DNA of 63,218 bases, filler included, from Octopus bimaculoides (Eukaryota), in assembly GCF_001194135.2 (NCBI RefSeq). It is 7 parts of 4 records of this genome, joined end to end, with 100 filler letters (N's around TTAATTAATTAA, not from the genome) between each part and the next. Parts side by side here need not be neighbours in the genome. Positions count along the whole stretch, not along the records: positions 32,933 to 48,919 come from NC_068989.1; positions 49,020 to 58,470 come from NC_069006.1; 5 more parts are not named here. One strand, 5' to 3'. Below, in pieces: positions 39,668 through 51,921 of the stretch. Under the pieces are notes generated by a model that was given only the letters and a program-made list of their open reading frames with translations, did not search any database and was not told the DNA's origin. Positions within the stretch are counted from its first letter, which is position 1. Each line of letters opens with the position of its first letter. The translations under genes and the position numbers were made by a program.

Positions 39668-41177
39668 GTCTGTGTGTGTATTTATTTATTTATATATATA
39701 TATAGATAAATAGATAGATAGATAGATAGATACATACATACATACATACATACATGCATACATACATACTCACATACATACATCATTAAGATATTACTTC
39801 CCAATGTGACACGACGTTGCCACAAAAACAATATAGAAAGCCATTTCGAAAAAAAGACTGTCCTGGAATAAATATTGAGAATCTTCCTGTTATTGAATAC
39901 CTACACAAACATCAGCAGACATCAAAATATCGATTAATTGTAAACATAACAGGACAGTTTTGAAATCATTTCCATACAGCCATTCAGAGCTCAACTATCA
40001 AACTAATTTATACGCGCATAACAAGTAATGGGCGATAAGATAAAGTCACTTGGGTAAGGAATGACCATGCTTCTTTTCTCTTTTAATAATGCCTCTTGAT
40101 CTTGTTCTTGTTTCAACAATGGCTACCTCTGCGTAGTTATTTGTGTTGTTGTTTACTTTCTAAAACAGCAAGGGGAGAGGGTTGCTAGCGCATCACCCTC
40201 TACCCACATGTTTCCATCCACATCTTTACGGTATGGGACCCCTAACAAAATCCGATAATAAATATAAATGCAAATCTCTCTAATTACTTGTCTCATTCTA
40301 AAATCAGGTATAACTTGGCAATCGGTCGATTTACAACACCGTTCTTCGTCTTGAGTTTACTTGTTAGACATTAAATTGACAAGGTCAAGGTGAGCTCTGA
40401 TTATCTGTATGCAAATGAGGTCATTGCTCGGGTCTGGAACTCTCGTGGGAAAAAGAATTTCGCGGCCGGGACAGGCAAGAAAAAAGTACGTAACGTCACA
40501 GTGGTCAGCTGTCCGGCTGATGTGAGCATCTCTGAAAAGAAAGATGATAAATATGGACAACTGATCCGAAACTTCCATCTTCTATATCTAGATTAAAGAT
40601 TCACATTTACGTCAATAATAACTTGTACTGTTATTTTTATGAGTAGATGCCTAAATGACAGTCTGTATAATTTAGTTTTCAACAAACACACATTTATGCA
40701 CATACATATTGGGCAACGTTCGTGCACGTCTATCCATATATACATACATACCGATATATGTGTGTGTGTGTGTGTGTGTNNNNNNNNNNNNNNNNNNNNN
40801 NNNNNNNNNNNNNNNNNNNNNNNNNNNNNNNNNNNNNNNNNNNNNNNNNNNNNNNNNNNNNNNNNNNNNNNNNNNNNNNNNNNNNNNNNNNNNNNNNNNN
40901 NNNNNNNNNNNNNNNNNNNNNNNNNNNNNNNNNNNNNNNNNNNNNNNNNNNNNNNNNNNNNNNNNNNNNNNNNNNNNNNNNNNNNNNNNNNNNNNNNNNN
41001 NNNNNNNNNNNNNNNNNNNNNNNNNNNNNNNNNNNNNNNNNNNNNNNNNNNNNNNNNNNNNNNNNNNNNNNNNNNNNNNNNNNNNNNNNNNNNNNNNNNN
41101 NNNNNNNNNNNNNNNNNNNNNNNNNNNNNNNNNNNNNNNNNNNNNNNNNNNNNNNNNNNNNNNNGACACAAGGTAAA

Positions 41178-41400
41178 GCTGCGTGGCTTAATGGTTAGAG
41201 CATTGGACTCATGATAGTATGATTGAGGTTTCCATTGCCGGACCGGGCGACGTGTTGTGTTGTTGAGCAAAATACTACATTTCACGTTGCTCCGGTCCAC
41301 TCAGCTGGCATAAATGAGTAATCCTGCGACGAACCGGCGTCCCGTCCAGGTGCGGAATATATACGCCATGAAATCGAGCAACCAGCCCTTGTGAGTCGTT
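41178..41400 (+). mobile_element. tRNA-derived SINE (family B)
   Basis: tggcttaatggttagagc..gtgttgtgttgttgagcaaaatac..tttcacgttgctccggtccactcagctg. Confidence 0.75.
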
Positions 41401-41439
41401 ATAACTGGATATGGTAACATAACCTAACTTTATTTTTAG

Positions 41440-43112
41440 ATGGGGACACTTCAGCAGTTATGAGTGTGGAATAAAGTTAAATACATAATCAAGCCATCCT
41501 GTTGTAAAGCTCTTACGATGTTTGTTTTATTTTACATCAGGCAGTACAGCTTTGCTTATCAACAGTTTTTCGGCACATACCCGCATTCCCTTCTTTCCAT
41601 CGGTCTGCTCATCAGTCACTATGTTGTTGGATTCACAATGGTTCTGGAGGAACTGATTGAGCAGCTTGTGTATACAGTTTATACATACTGTTTAGGCAAA
41701 CAATAGTTCTATAGTTTTCAGCCAACACGTAATTTCATTCTTGACTACAAGATTTTCCTTTGCGTACTATAACAATTTGGTTAGTCAATCTGAGCTTCCA
41801 TAATGCTTCTGAATATACATATTAGTGGTTTGCTGTAAAATATGAGCCCCTTATACCAATATCCAACTGTATGTTACGTTCCAAGTGTTTCTCCATTATG
41901 CAGTTTGCCTACAGCTATGGCGAAAGTTTCCGGGTCATTTCCATATATTTTTCTAATGATGTTGGTACAGTATTCTCTCCTTGCTGCATTTAGCCATGAT
42001 GCATTAAAGTTTAGATCCCTCTTTTCGTTCCAGATTGTCAAACAGAAGATTTAAGATCCTCTGAGAGGGAACTTTCTTAACGGTAATATTTTCCTTCCTC
42101 GTTTCTTTGTATAATGTTAGCGGTAAACTGAGATTGTACAGCCTCGTTCAAAAATTCGCCTGCGGCAGTGAAGATGTTCACTCAGTGCTCTGAATTCGTG
42201 CTTTAGAGTAATTAACTTCTCCTCAAGAGCTTGATGGGAAGGGTCACCATAGAGATTTATTACTTTGTCCATAAGATATAACTGACGAAATGTAAATACA
42301 TTATACTTCTAACGTTTTATTCTGGTGATTAGCAATCTATTATGGGGGTGTAGATTGTTGATGTTTCCTTTTAGTTTTGTTTTCTATCTAGGTTGCTTCC
42401 GTTTAGTAATTTCATTAACATGTATGCTGCAAATTTCTCCTAGGTGTTCTCTAAGAGTGTCAGCAGCTGTGTATATTGGGGTATTAATATTTCAGTAATT
42501 AACATCACATGATTCCATGCGCTCCCCAGCGGCATCGTCGATAACGTTCAACATTAGAGCTATAGGATCTTTTGCTATACTTGTGGAGAATGGCTTGCCG
42601 CTTAGCGATAGTTTAGCAAAAGTAGATGTTTTCTACGAACTGTGGTTTCGGAATATTTCTAAGTTGAACGTATTCAACGGTTGTTTTTGTTGACTCAGCT
42701 ACATTTAGAGAGACACCGGAATGTAGTGATGGTTGCGGTGGTTTCTTTACATTATATTCGATCTGTCTTCTGGTAGGTTTTGGCTAGTTCTTAGTGTTTT
42801 GAGAAGATCGATTTACGTCATAAGAGCTACCCATTTGTTGTTTTTTTTTTAAATAAAAGATGTTTGTTGCCAAAGTTGTTTCGCAGCAAATATGTTTAAG
42901 ATGGGGAGAGATTCGTCCCAGTATCTATTTAACCGCTTCATATATTGGATAGATGGTTCATCACGGGATTTTTCATAGCATCGAATCAGATCTTGGTTTA
43001 GATCTAGAGTCCAACTAAAATGTGAGGAGTACGTACATCTTCTAAGATAGCTTTCTGGTGCTGTGATGCTGTTCCCGTTCATGGTATTGTTATTAATTTC
43101 TGCCATAATCAA
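41440..43112 (-). mobile_element. R4/Dong-type non-LTR retrotransposon, 5' half, degenerate
   Basis: ORF 42849-43112 (SWTLDLNQDLIRCY..YMKRLNRYWDE) plus manual read near 41450-41700: CLNSMYKLYT, NHCESNNIVTDEQTDGKKG, EKLLISKAVL, GWLDY..IPHS. Confidence 0.6.
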
Positions 43113-43326
43113 GCTAGCGAAACTTCACGCAGTATAAGATTCATGTTTTAACATCCGGTCTGAAAAACGCTACTTGGGTTAGTAAAAACTGTATCTCTTA
43201 TTTATAATGGTATAATGGGAGAAATAAACAAGCTATTGAGTTAAGCTGGAATTCGTATAAATGTAAAAGAAAACGTTTAAATGGTTTTCTACGCTTGCAC
43301 ATCTGACATTGACGGTATAATCTAGT

Positions 43327-43415
43327 ATGTATGTATGTATGTATGTATGTATGTACGGATGGATGGATGGATGGATGGATGGATGGATGGATGGATGGAT
43401 GGATGGATGGATGGA
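43327..43415. repeat. Compound (GTAT)n(GGAT)n microsatellite
   Basis: Direct reading. Many other (TA)n/(CA)n arrays occur, e.g. 10286-10810, 14130-14602, 22542-22816, 31820-32090. Confidence 0.95.
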
Positions 43416-43633
43416 TGGGTGTATTATGATTGGTCTTTCAAGTTCATTTAAGTCCTTAAGAAAGTTCAATCCGGTCACTAACAAAGCGACCAAATTTTGT
43501 GAACATGTATGTATGCATGTGTGTATGTATGTATGTATGTATGTATGTATGTATGTGTGTATGTAAACATGTATTACTTGTGTTTATTAAAATGTAGGTG
43601 TTTGCAACGAAGAAACCAGATTTTAAGAATGTA

Positions 43634-44893
43634 TTGGGTTGTCCGGAAAGTTCGTGTCGATTTATAGTAGCCTACCATTCGACTTATTTTAGAACATAGT
43701 TGAGTCCATAAAAGAGGATTTGACTACACTTCAATTTAGAGCACAGTTTAAGCTATCATTTTGTGGAAGAAGGTTTATGTTCCTATAAACTGTGTTAATT
43801 CTGTAACCCTGTAAAATGGAAGATAAGAAAGTTCATTTTTGGCACTTGATGCTTTTCTTTTTTCGTAAAGGGAAAAATGCCTCACAAGCAACCAAAGAAA
43901 TATGCGCAGTTTACGGTGATCTTTCTTTATCCGAAAGAACTTTACGGAAGTGGTTCGCAAGGTTCCGAGATGGAGATTGTAACCTTTTTGATAAAGAGCG
44001 ATCAGGCAGACCATCCACTACAGATAATGACCAAATCAAGTCATTAATTGAGAATAACCCACATTGCACAACCCGAGAATTGGCAGAAAGCCTCAACCTA
44101 TCAAAATCCGTCGTTCATGAGCACCTGGTAAAGCTTGGGTACACAAATCACTACGATGTTTGGGTACCACAGGAGTTGAGTGTGGAGAAACTTTTGGATC
44201 GCATTTCCATCTGTGATTCGCTTTATAAACGCGCCTTTTTTAAAGCAAATTGTGACAGGTGATGAGAAATGGATTATCTACCGAAATGTTCAGAGAAAGC
44301 GATCCTGGATTAAGCGATATGAGCCACCCTTAGCCACCTCAAAAGCGGGTCTTCACCCTAAAAAAGTCTTGCTTTGTGTCTGGTGGGATTGGAAAGGAAT
44401 TCTGTACCATGAGCTTCTCCCAAGCAACCAGACAATTAATTCTGAGAAATACTGCACACAACTGGACGAGTTAAAAGCAGAAATTCAAGAGAAACGTCCA
44501 GAATTGGCCAACAGGAAGGGTGTTGTTTTTCAATATGATAATGCAAGACCGCACATTTCTTTGGGAACCAGACAAATATTGCTGCAGCTTGGTTGGGATG
44601 TGTTCCCCAACCCTCCGTATTCACCAGATATTGCACCTTCGGGTTTCCACTTATTGAGGTCTCTTCAGAATATTCTTAATGGTAAAAATTTCAATTCCTT
44701 GGATGATGTCAAAAGATACCTTGATGAATTCTTTTCCATGAAACAACCTCAATTCTGGGAAGAGGGTATTTTCAAGTTAAAGGAAAGATGGAGACGCATG
44801 GTTCATATTTGGTTGATTAAAAATGTAATGGCAAGTATTTATTGACCTTTTTCTTTCCTTTAAAAATCGGCATGAATTCGTCTGACAACCCAA
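43634..44893 (+). mobile_element. Full-length mariner DNA transposon (1260 bp)
   Basis: TA target sites at 43632-33 and 44894-95; about 30-bp TIRs ttgggttgtccggaaagttcgtgtcgattt / aaatcggcatgaattcgtctgacaacccaa. Confidence 0.95.
43816..44845 (+). pseudogene. Mariner transposase, frameshifted near 44235, third catalytic Asp replaced
   Basis: HTH, WVPQELS, TGDEKW, YDNARPH, YSPDIAPSGF (normally ..APSDY/F). Confidence 0.9.
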
Positions 44894-45716
44894 TATTTAC
44901 GTACGTATACATGTAATTAAGTATGTATGTACATATGTATATCTGTATATATGTTGAAATATTAATGCATACGTCACGATAGTGACTGAGGGCACTAGTT
45001 AACACCAATATTGCTAGAAATAAGTGTTAAAAAAACTCATCGCCACAAAAAGCACTTATCTTAATGACTGACGTATGAGAAGTGCATTTTGTTGCAAGTG
45101 CATTTTGTTGCGGCTATGAGTTGAATTAACACTTATTTCTAGCGATACTTGTGCTGACTAGTGCTCTCAGTCACTTTAGAAACGTATATATTTCTATCTT
45201 TCTGGCTTTCAGTTGTAAAATTGCGAACAAGCCACTCTTATTAAGTATGTATGTATGCATTTATGTATGTATGTATATATGTATGTATGTATGTATGCAT
45301 GCTTGTATGTATGTATGTATGTACACATGAATGCATGCATGCATGTATGTATGTATTACTAGTGTTTATTAAAGCGTGAGTGTATCGTAAGAAATTAGGG
45401 AAAAGCTTTTGCAAAATGCCATTAAGTGCGAATGGTGAAAACCACTAATCTTAATTAAGAAATGAATTTAACCCTATCAACCTTAGCTTATAAAATGAAT
45501 GTTAATCCAATACTCACGTGTACGAAATCTATGACAGTCCAGCATATTCTAGCATAAGAAATCAATTCCTTGTCCTCGACTGTCCTATGTGAATTTTAAC
45601 CTTAGTGCCACTCACTATTGTTTATGAGATCAATGTGACCACTGTCCAATATAGTATAATATAAGAGTGTTTAACTTCACACACATGAGTATATTTTTAG
45701 CCTAATGAGGTGGTGT

Positions 45717-45759
<43 letters not shown>

Positions 45760-45998
45760 ATTCGTTATATTCAAAATTAGAGTTTAGATAGGAGACTTTA
45801 AAATGTAGTATTCAAACCGTGTTTTGGGTATGTCCCTTGTAGCGTGCCTTGAGAGAACTTTCACCACTTACACCAACAGGCATCATCTGCAGTACAGCAT
45901 TTTAGTCGCAGGATCTATGTAAGGAATTCCTCGGTGCACGTTTGGTATATTTTAAATGATTGATAGGGAAGGCAGAGTGTATTGTAAGCTTTATGTAG

Positions 45999-46108
45999 CA
46001 CAACGACCGTTTCGGCTTGCAACTCCATTACTCCCAATTGGGTGGGGAACGATATAATGGAATCGAATCACACCCCACACGGTGCAGAAGAACCCTCCTC
46101 AGGTTACG
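45999..46108 (-). ncRNA. Type I hammerhead ribozyme with very large stem II insertion, GUC site
   Basis: CGUAAC-CUGAGGA-GG..(about 80 nt)..CC-GAAA-CGG-UC-GUUGUG: 6-bp stem I with two G.U pairs. Confidence 0.7.
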
Positions 46109-46594
46109 TAATACGTTATATTTATAACACAAACTGAAATGGTACCCGTCGTATATATGTATATATATTTGCTTTTATATTGCGTCTAGCCACCTTCGTT
46201 ATTATATATGTATATATATATATATATATATATNNNNNNNNNNNNNNNNNNNNNNNNNNNNNNNNNNNNNNNNNNNNNNNNNNNNNNNNNNNNNNNNNNN
46301 NNNNNNNNNNNNNNNNNNNNNNNNNNNNNNNNNNNNNNNNNNNNNNNNNNNNNNNNNNNNNNNNNNNNNNNNNNNNNNNNNNNNNNNNNNNNNNNNNNNN
46401 NNNNNNNNNNNNNNNNNNNNNNNNNNNNNNNNNNNNNNNNNNNNNNNNNNNNNNNNNNNNNNNNNNNNNNNNNNNNNNNNNNNNNNNNNNNNNNNNNNNN
46501 NNNNNNNNNNNNNNNNNNNNNNNNNNNNNNNNNNNNNNNNNNNNNNNNNNNNNNNNNTCTAAGTATAATATATGACAATTATTCGGTAGCCATG

Positions 46595-46653
46595 ATAAAA
46601 CTCTGAGTTTCAGATGTCGGGGCGGGAACCTGCGCCAGCATCTCTTCAGTTAT
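46595..46653 (-). ncRNA. Type I hammerhead ribozyme motif, GUU site
   Basis: AUAA-CUGAAGA-GAUG..GGCG..CGCC..CAUC-u-GAAA-CUC-a-GAG-UU-UUAU; one extra U before GAAA. Confidence 0.65.
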
Positions 46654-47159
46654 TGGGCCATAAAAAAAGTTCTATGAAAATGACCGTTAAACAAAGGGAA
46701 ATTACTGTGTGATTGACAAAAGAGCTATTAGAATGACCGCTAAGTAAGGGGAGGGAGTAAAGGTAAGGGAGTAAAAATGTTCATAGCAATCGCGTAAGTG
46801 CACATGTCCATACATGCACATACGCTCCCGCACACCCACGCATATGTGCCTATATGTATATACTCATCCACCCTCACTTGAAACACACGCATTCTCACCA
46901 ACACATTCGCTCAAAAAATATATACATACCCGCATACACGCTCTCACATACACATGCGCGCGCGCACAAAAAAAAGGTTCATACAAACGTCTATATACGG
47001 ACATGCACAAGAAACAGGGCTAAAGGCAAAATACAGAAAAATGTGTAAAAAATTTGTAAAAAATAAGCAATAAGAATAAAAAGTAAAGGATGTTGCTTAT
47101 TTTTTACACTTTTTTACACATTTTTCTGTATTTTGCCTTTAACCCTGTTTTTTAGTAGC

Positions 47160-48585
47160 TTTAGGGGTAAAAAAAAGTATTCGTACAGAATAAATTTATG
47201 AGTTTCTATGCCACAAAATACTGTTAAAATATTTTTTTTTTACTAGAACTTCACGTTTGCTCCAATAATCTTATCAGTGGTCATTTTTAAGTGTCAAAAC
47301 GCTAGTTACTTCATTCAGCACTGAGACAACATAAAGTAGTGTCGAAATAATGGCGAAAAGTAAAGAACTCAGAAATTCAGTGAAAAACTTAATTATTAAA
47401 CTGTGGAAAGCAGGTAAAAGTTACAGGAAAATATTAGAGACCCTTTGTATTCCATTTTCTACCATATCTTAATTTATTCAAAGTTATAAAAAATCGGGAA
47501 CTGTTGAAAACAGAATAAGATCCCGTGCACCACACAAGATTTCCCCTAGATCTTTAAGAAAAATGAATCAAAGAATCAAAGAAAATGCAATGATCACCAG
47601 AAAGGAGTTGCAAGAAGATTTGTTAGCTTCAGGGACTAGTGTTACACTACGTACAATCACCAATGAACTTCATAGGAATGAACTGAAGTCATGCTCCCCT
47701 AGAATAACTCCGCTGTTGACTAAAAGGCATAGAGATGCCCGTTTAAAATTTGTTTATGAACATAAAGATAAATCTGATACATTCTGGGAAAATGTTCTGT
47801 GGACAGATGAGTTGAAAATTGAATTGTTTGGATGAAATTCGCGTAGCCATGTTTGGAGGAAAGATGGTACCGCCTGTTCGCCGAAAAATACAATTCCTAC
47901 TGTAAAGTTTGGAGGTGGCAACGTCATGGTGTGGGGGTGTTTCTCTGCAAATGGCACTGGCAAATTACATGTGATAGATGGTAGAATGAATGCAGAAATG
48001 TACCAAAATATTTTGAACAATAATTTATGGGACTCTGTAGAAAAGCTCCAGCTTTGTAAAGGGTGGGTTTTACAACAGGATAATGACCCTAAGCACACGG
48101 CCAAGCCTACCAAAACATGGATTGTCGATCACAATATAAAATTATTAGAATGGCCAAGCCAATCACCTGACTTGAACCACATTGAAAATTTATGGCGTTA
48201 TTTGAAAATTAAAATTCATTCAAGAGCCCCAATGTGCATTGCAGATTTGAAGAAATTTGTCAAGAAGAATGGGAAAAATTCCTAAAGAAAGATGCGAGTC
48301 ATTGATTAAGAACTACAAGAAGAGATTGGTTGAAATGGAACTGAATAATGGTTATGCTACGAAGTATTAAATCAGAATTATCGGTTATTTATGTTCTGTA
48401 CGAATACTTTTTCCACCCCTAAATATTTATAATTGAATATAAATTCCTTAGTTACTATAATTTATTAGTTTCTTTTGCATATTCTTAGTTTATGCATGTG
48501 TATGCAAATATAGTATTGGTATATCCCATTTATGTTCACTAAATAAAGAATTTTGACATGTACGAATATTTATTTCCCCCAACTG
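47160..48585 (+). mobile_element. Tc1-type DNA transposon with IR/DR right end and truncated left end
   Basis: Right end has two direct repeats (48389-48423 and about 48555-48585, ending cccccaactg then TA); left end has only the match to the inner repeat (47160-47195). Confidence 0.9.
47350..48370 (+). pseudogene. Tc1 DDE transposase with two stops and a C-terminal frameshift
   Basis: MAKSKEL.., [50 protein letters not shown]. Confidence 0.92.
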
Positions 48586-51500
48586 TATATATATGACCAA
48601 CAAAAAGGGGACAAATAGCAGAAGTCAGTGTTCTTAATCACTCCATATATTTCACATAGTGATTAAGAACACTGACTTCTGAACTTAGTCCTCTCTTTAT
48701 CGGTCCGCTTTTTATCGGTCAATTTTGCCGTACCGCTTGTTCAATGGACGGCGTGATACAACACCGATTGTCAAGCAGTGGTACGGGATAAACATAAACA
48801 TAACCGTATGCGTAAAGATACATACAAAAATACATATGCATACACACACGCATATGTGTGCATGAATGTCTGTATGTGTGCGTATGTATATGTATACATG
48901 TATGTGTTTATGCATATATNNNNNNNNNNNNNNNNNNNNNNNNNNNNNNNNNNNNNNNNNNNNTTAATTAATTAANNNNNNNNNNNNNNNNNNNNNNNNN
49001 NNNNNNNNNNNNNNNNNNNTTTTGTTTTGTTTTTGTTTTTTTTTTTTGTAAATCTAGTGTTACATTGTATCTGATTTATTTTGCTTTCCTTTTTGTTGTT
49101 GTTGTTTTGTTTTTAAACACTGTTAGGTGTGATTTGAAGAGGATTATAATTGGCTGCTATTTCTAGCAGATTGTGCCGACCGCATAGAATCAGTCCGCCC
49201 CTTTCCCTACTCCCTTACACGAATCTGTTATTTGCCGATCAAGCAAACAAATAATCTACGTAGTGGCGATGATGATGATGATGATAATTGTGCTGCGGGG
49301 GTGGAGGTGGGGGGCTATGTGAAGGAAACCTCTTTTCAGTTGTCATTATCACCGAACTAACCCCTTTCTCTTCCCGATTAATTTATCCTTTTAACCCCTT
49401 ACTTAATCAGTCTCTTCCCCCACCGTCTCTTTCTCTCTCTATCTCTCTTTCTTTCTCATACATCTCTTCCATCGACATTTTCATTCAATGCGCTGTGCTT
49501 GACGTTCACTGACAAAATAACTCAAATAGTTGTCTCGTGAGAAGACCCTCCGCCTCCCCTCCGTCTCTCAACCGATCTCATCATTTCTCTCTCTCTCTCT
49601 CATTCATTCTAACCGACATTTTTTTCCATGTCTCTCCCTCTTGTTCCCTTTCTCTCTCTTTCTCTCATTTACTCTTGTCGGTTTATTTCCACGATCGCTA
49701 AACCTACACATTCTTATAATGAATATATAAATACACTTGTTTCGGTCATTGGACTCTCACGGCCATTCTGGGGCATAAGTATAAAGGTTTTACTCGAACA
49801 AATCGATGCCGACCGATAGTTATTTCTCCCCCCTCCCCACACACGATCGTTTTCTTCTTTCTTTCTTCAAAAGTATGGTTTTAATTAAGTTTCATATTTT
49901 ACTAACCACAATATGTTTAATATTATTTTCCTAACGGAAATTTACGTTTTCACGGGTGCCTGTGTGTGTGTTATACAGAGATGCCGCAACGAAACAGACG
50001 CACAGGAAGGCCAGTTTGCCCAACAAGCACAGGTGTTAAGTGGCTCACAATTTCCTCTGGCTCTTCGTACCCCCTTATTAATTAGGACGAGAGCAACACA
50101 AATGCCTTTTCTCCAGGGTGTTGTGAACCCTCAGAAATACACTCACATAGTAACCTTTTTGTGTATAAATGAAACGTACACACACACACACAATGAAATT
50201 TGAGTAACAAAAGCATGTGTATTTGTGTGTGTATAAGTATATATGCATGTATGTGTGTCCAACATGCTAACGATTCTGCCACCTTACACTTAAGTGTAAT
50301 AATAATAATTATTACATCAATCAAATCCGTAAAGTAATGTTTCAAATCGGTCCAAAAAATGCTTCTATGCTCATTTATTTTGAGGATATCCAAAGCATTT
50401 TCATTGCCCCACTGTAGGGGTGTGCTTGCATTTCCTGTTCCGGTCTGGTTGACCAGAGCCTTGTGAGTGGATTTGGTAGATGGAAACTGAAAGAAGCCTG
50501 TTGTGTGTGTGCGTCTTATGTCTGTGCATGTCACTTTGGGCAAGTGTCTTTTTTACTATTGCCTTTGGCTGATCAAAGCCCAGTGAGTAAGTATGGTACA
50601 TGGGAACCAAAAGCAGCCCATTATGTGTGTGTGTGTATAAAACGTACATATATATATATGTTTGTATGTGAGTATTAGTGTCTCCTTGCTTTGACATTAC
50701 ATGATAGTTGTGTCACCTTCCAATCTTTTGTGGAAATGTATCTGGTCATGGGGAAATATTAGCTTGCTGTGAAACAGGTGAAGGTTGGCAACAACAAGGG
50801 CAACTGGTTATAGAAAATCCACATCAACACATTCAGTTCAACTCCCAAGCAAGCAAGGATAAGTGGACATTAAATGATGATGATAATGATGACCGTTGAC
50901 CTGATGCTAATTCTTGAAAACAATCCATTTTGAGAAATTGCTTGATTATCAATTTGTTTCTCATTAATACTCTACCAACGAGCAATAATGTATAATAAAC
51001 AAAGGTGAAATGAGACTGCAGAGGTCCTAAAATAAATATCATGTGAATGAAATGTCAAATTAGTACAAATAATTACAGTCTTTTGTTAACAGTTCACTCA
51101 TGAATATTAAACAGTTTCTGCCAAGGAGGTTATTTAGTTAATTAGTGTGGATTTTATTTTTCTTAACCAGGATTATCAGGCGTTTTAGGTTTTAATTGTT
51201 GTTCAGGTTTTATTTTGTGTTTATTCTGGTTTCTAAATTATCTGTTTGAATCGGAAATAATTTAGGAGGCTATTCTAATAGAGGAGTTTTTATTTTTGTC
51301 CATTTTAGTCTAGTTTCTTTGTTTGAGGAGTAATTATATGGTAATTATTTGTGGATATTTATGGTGATGTGTTGGAAGTCCTTTTAACTTTTTACTTGTT
51401 TCAGTCGTTGGACTGTGGCCATGCAAAGGTTTAGTCGAACAGATTGACCCCAGTGTTTGTTTTTGAAGTCTGGTACTTATTCTATTGGTCTTTTTTGCTG

Positions 51501-51726
51501 AACTGCTAAATTACATGGCTATAAACAAACCAACGGTAGTTGTCAAGTAGTGATGGAAGACAAACACAACACATGCATGCGTGCACACACACACACATAT
51601 ATATATATATATTACATACATAATATATAATTTTTCTGAATCTTCAGATTTTTCAATATGCTAGGCCACTGGTTTTAAATTGATATTAATCAAATTAATA
51701 TTCAATTTTTCACCCTTATTATATGA

Positions 51727-51921
51727 CTGGCCTTCGTGCCGGTGGCACGTAAAAGCACCCACTACACTCGCAGAGTGGTTGGCGTAAGGAAGGGCATCCA
51801 GCTGTAGAAACATTGCCAAATCAGATTGGAGCCTGGTGTAGCCATCTGGTTTCACCAGTCCTCAGTCAAATCGTCTAACCCATGCTAGCATGGAAAGCGG
51901 ACGTTAAACGACGATGATGAT
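51727..51921 (+). mobile_element. Dispersed SINE/LINE-tail repeat ending in (GAT)n
   Basis: ..ggcgtaaggaagggcatccagctgtagaaac..cccatgctagcatggaaagcggacgttaaacgacgatgatga; diverged copies at about 50760-50892 (+) and 11505-11630 (-). Confidence 0.7.

Noticed and set aside
17220-43112. Idea that the two R4/Dong fragments are halves of one element split by an inversion
   Set aside because: They overlap across the DY..PHSW motif with clearly different nucleotide sequence, so they are separate copies.
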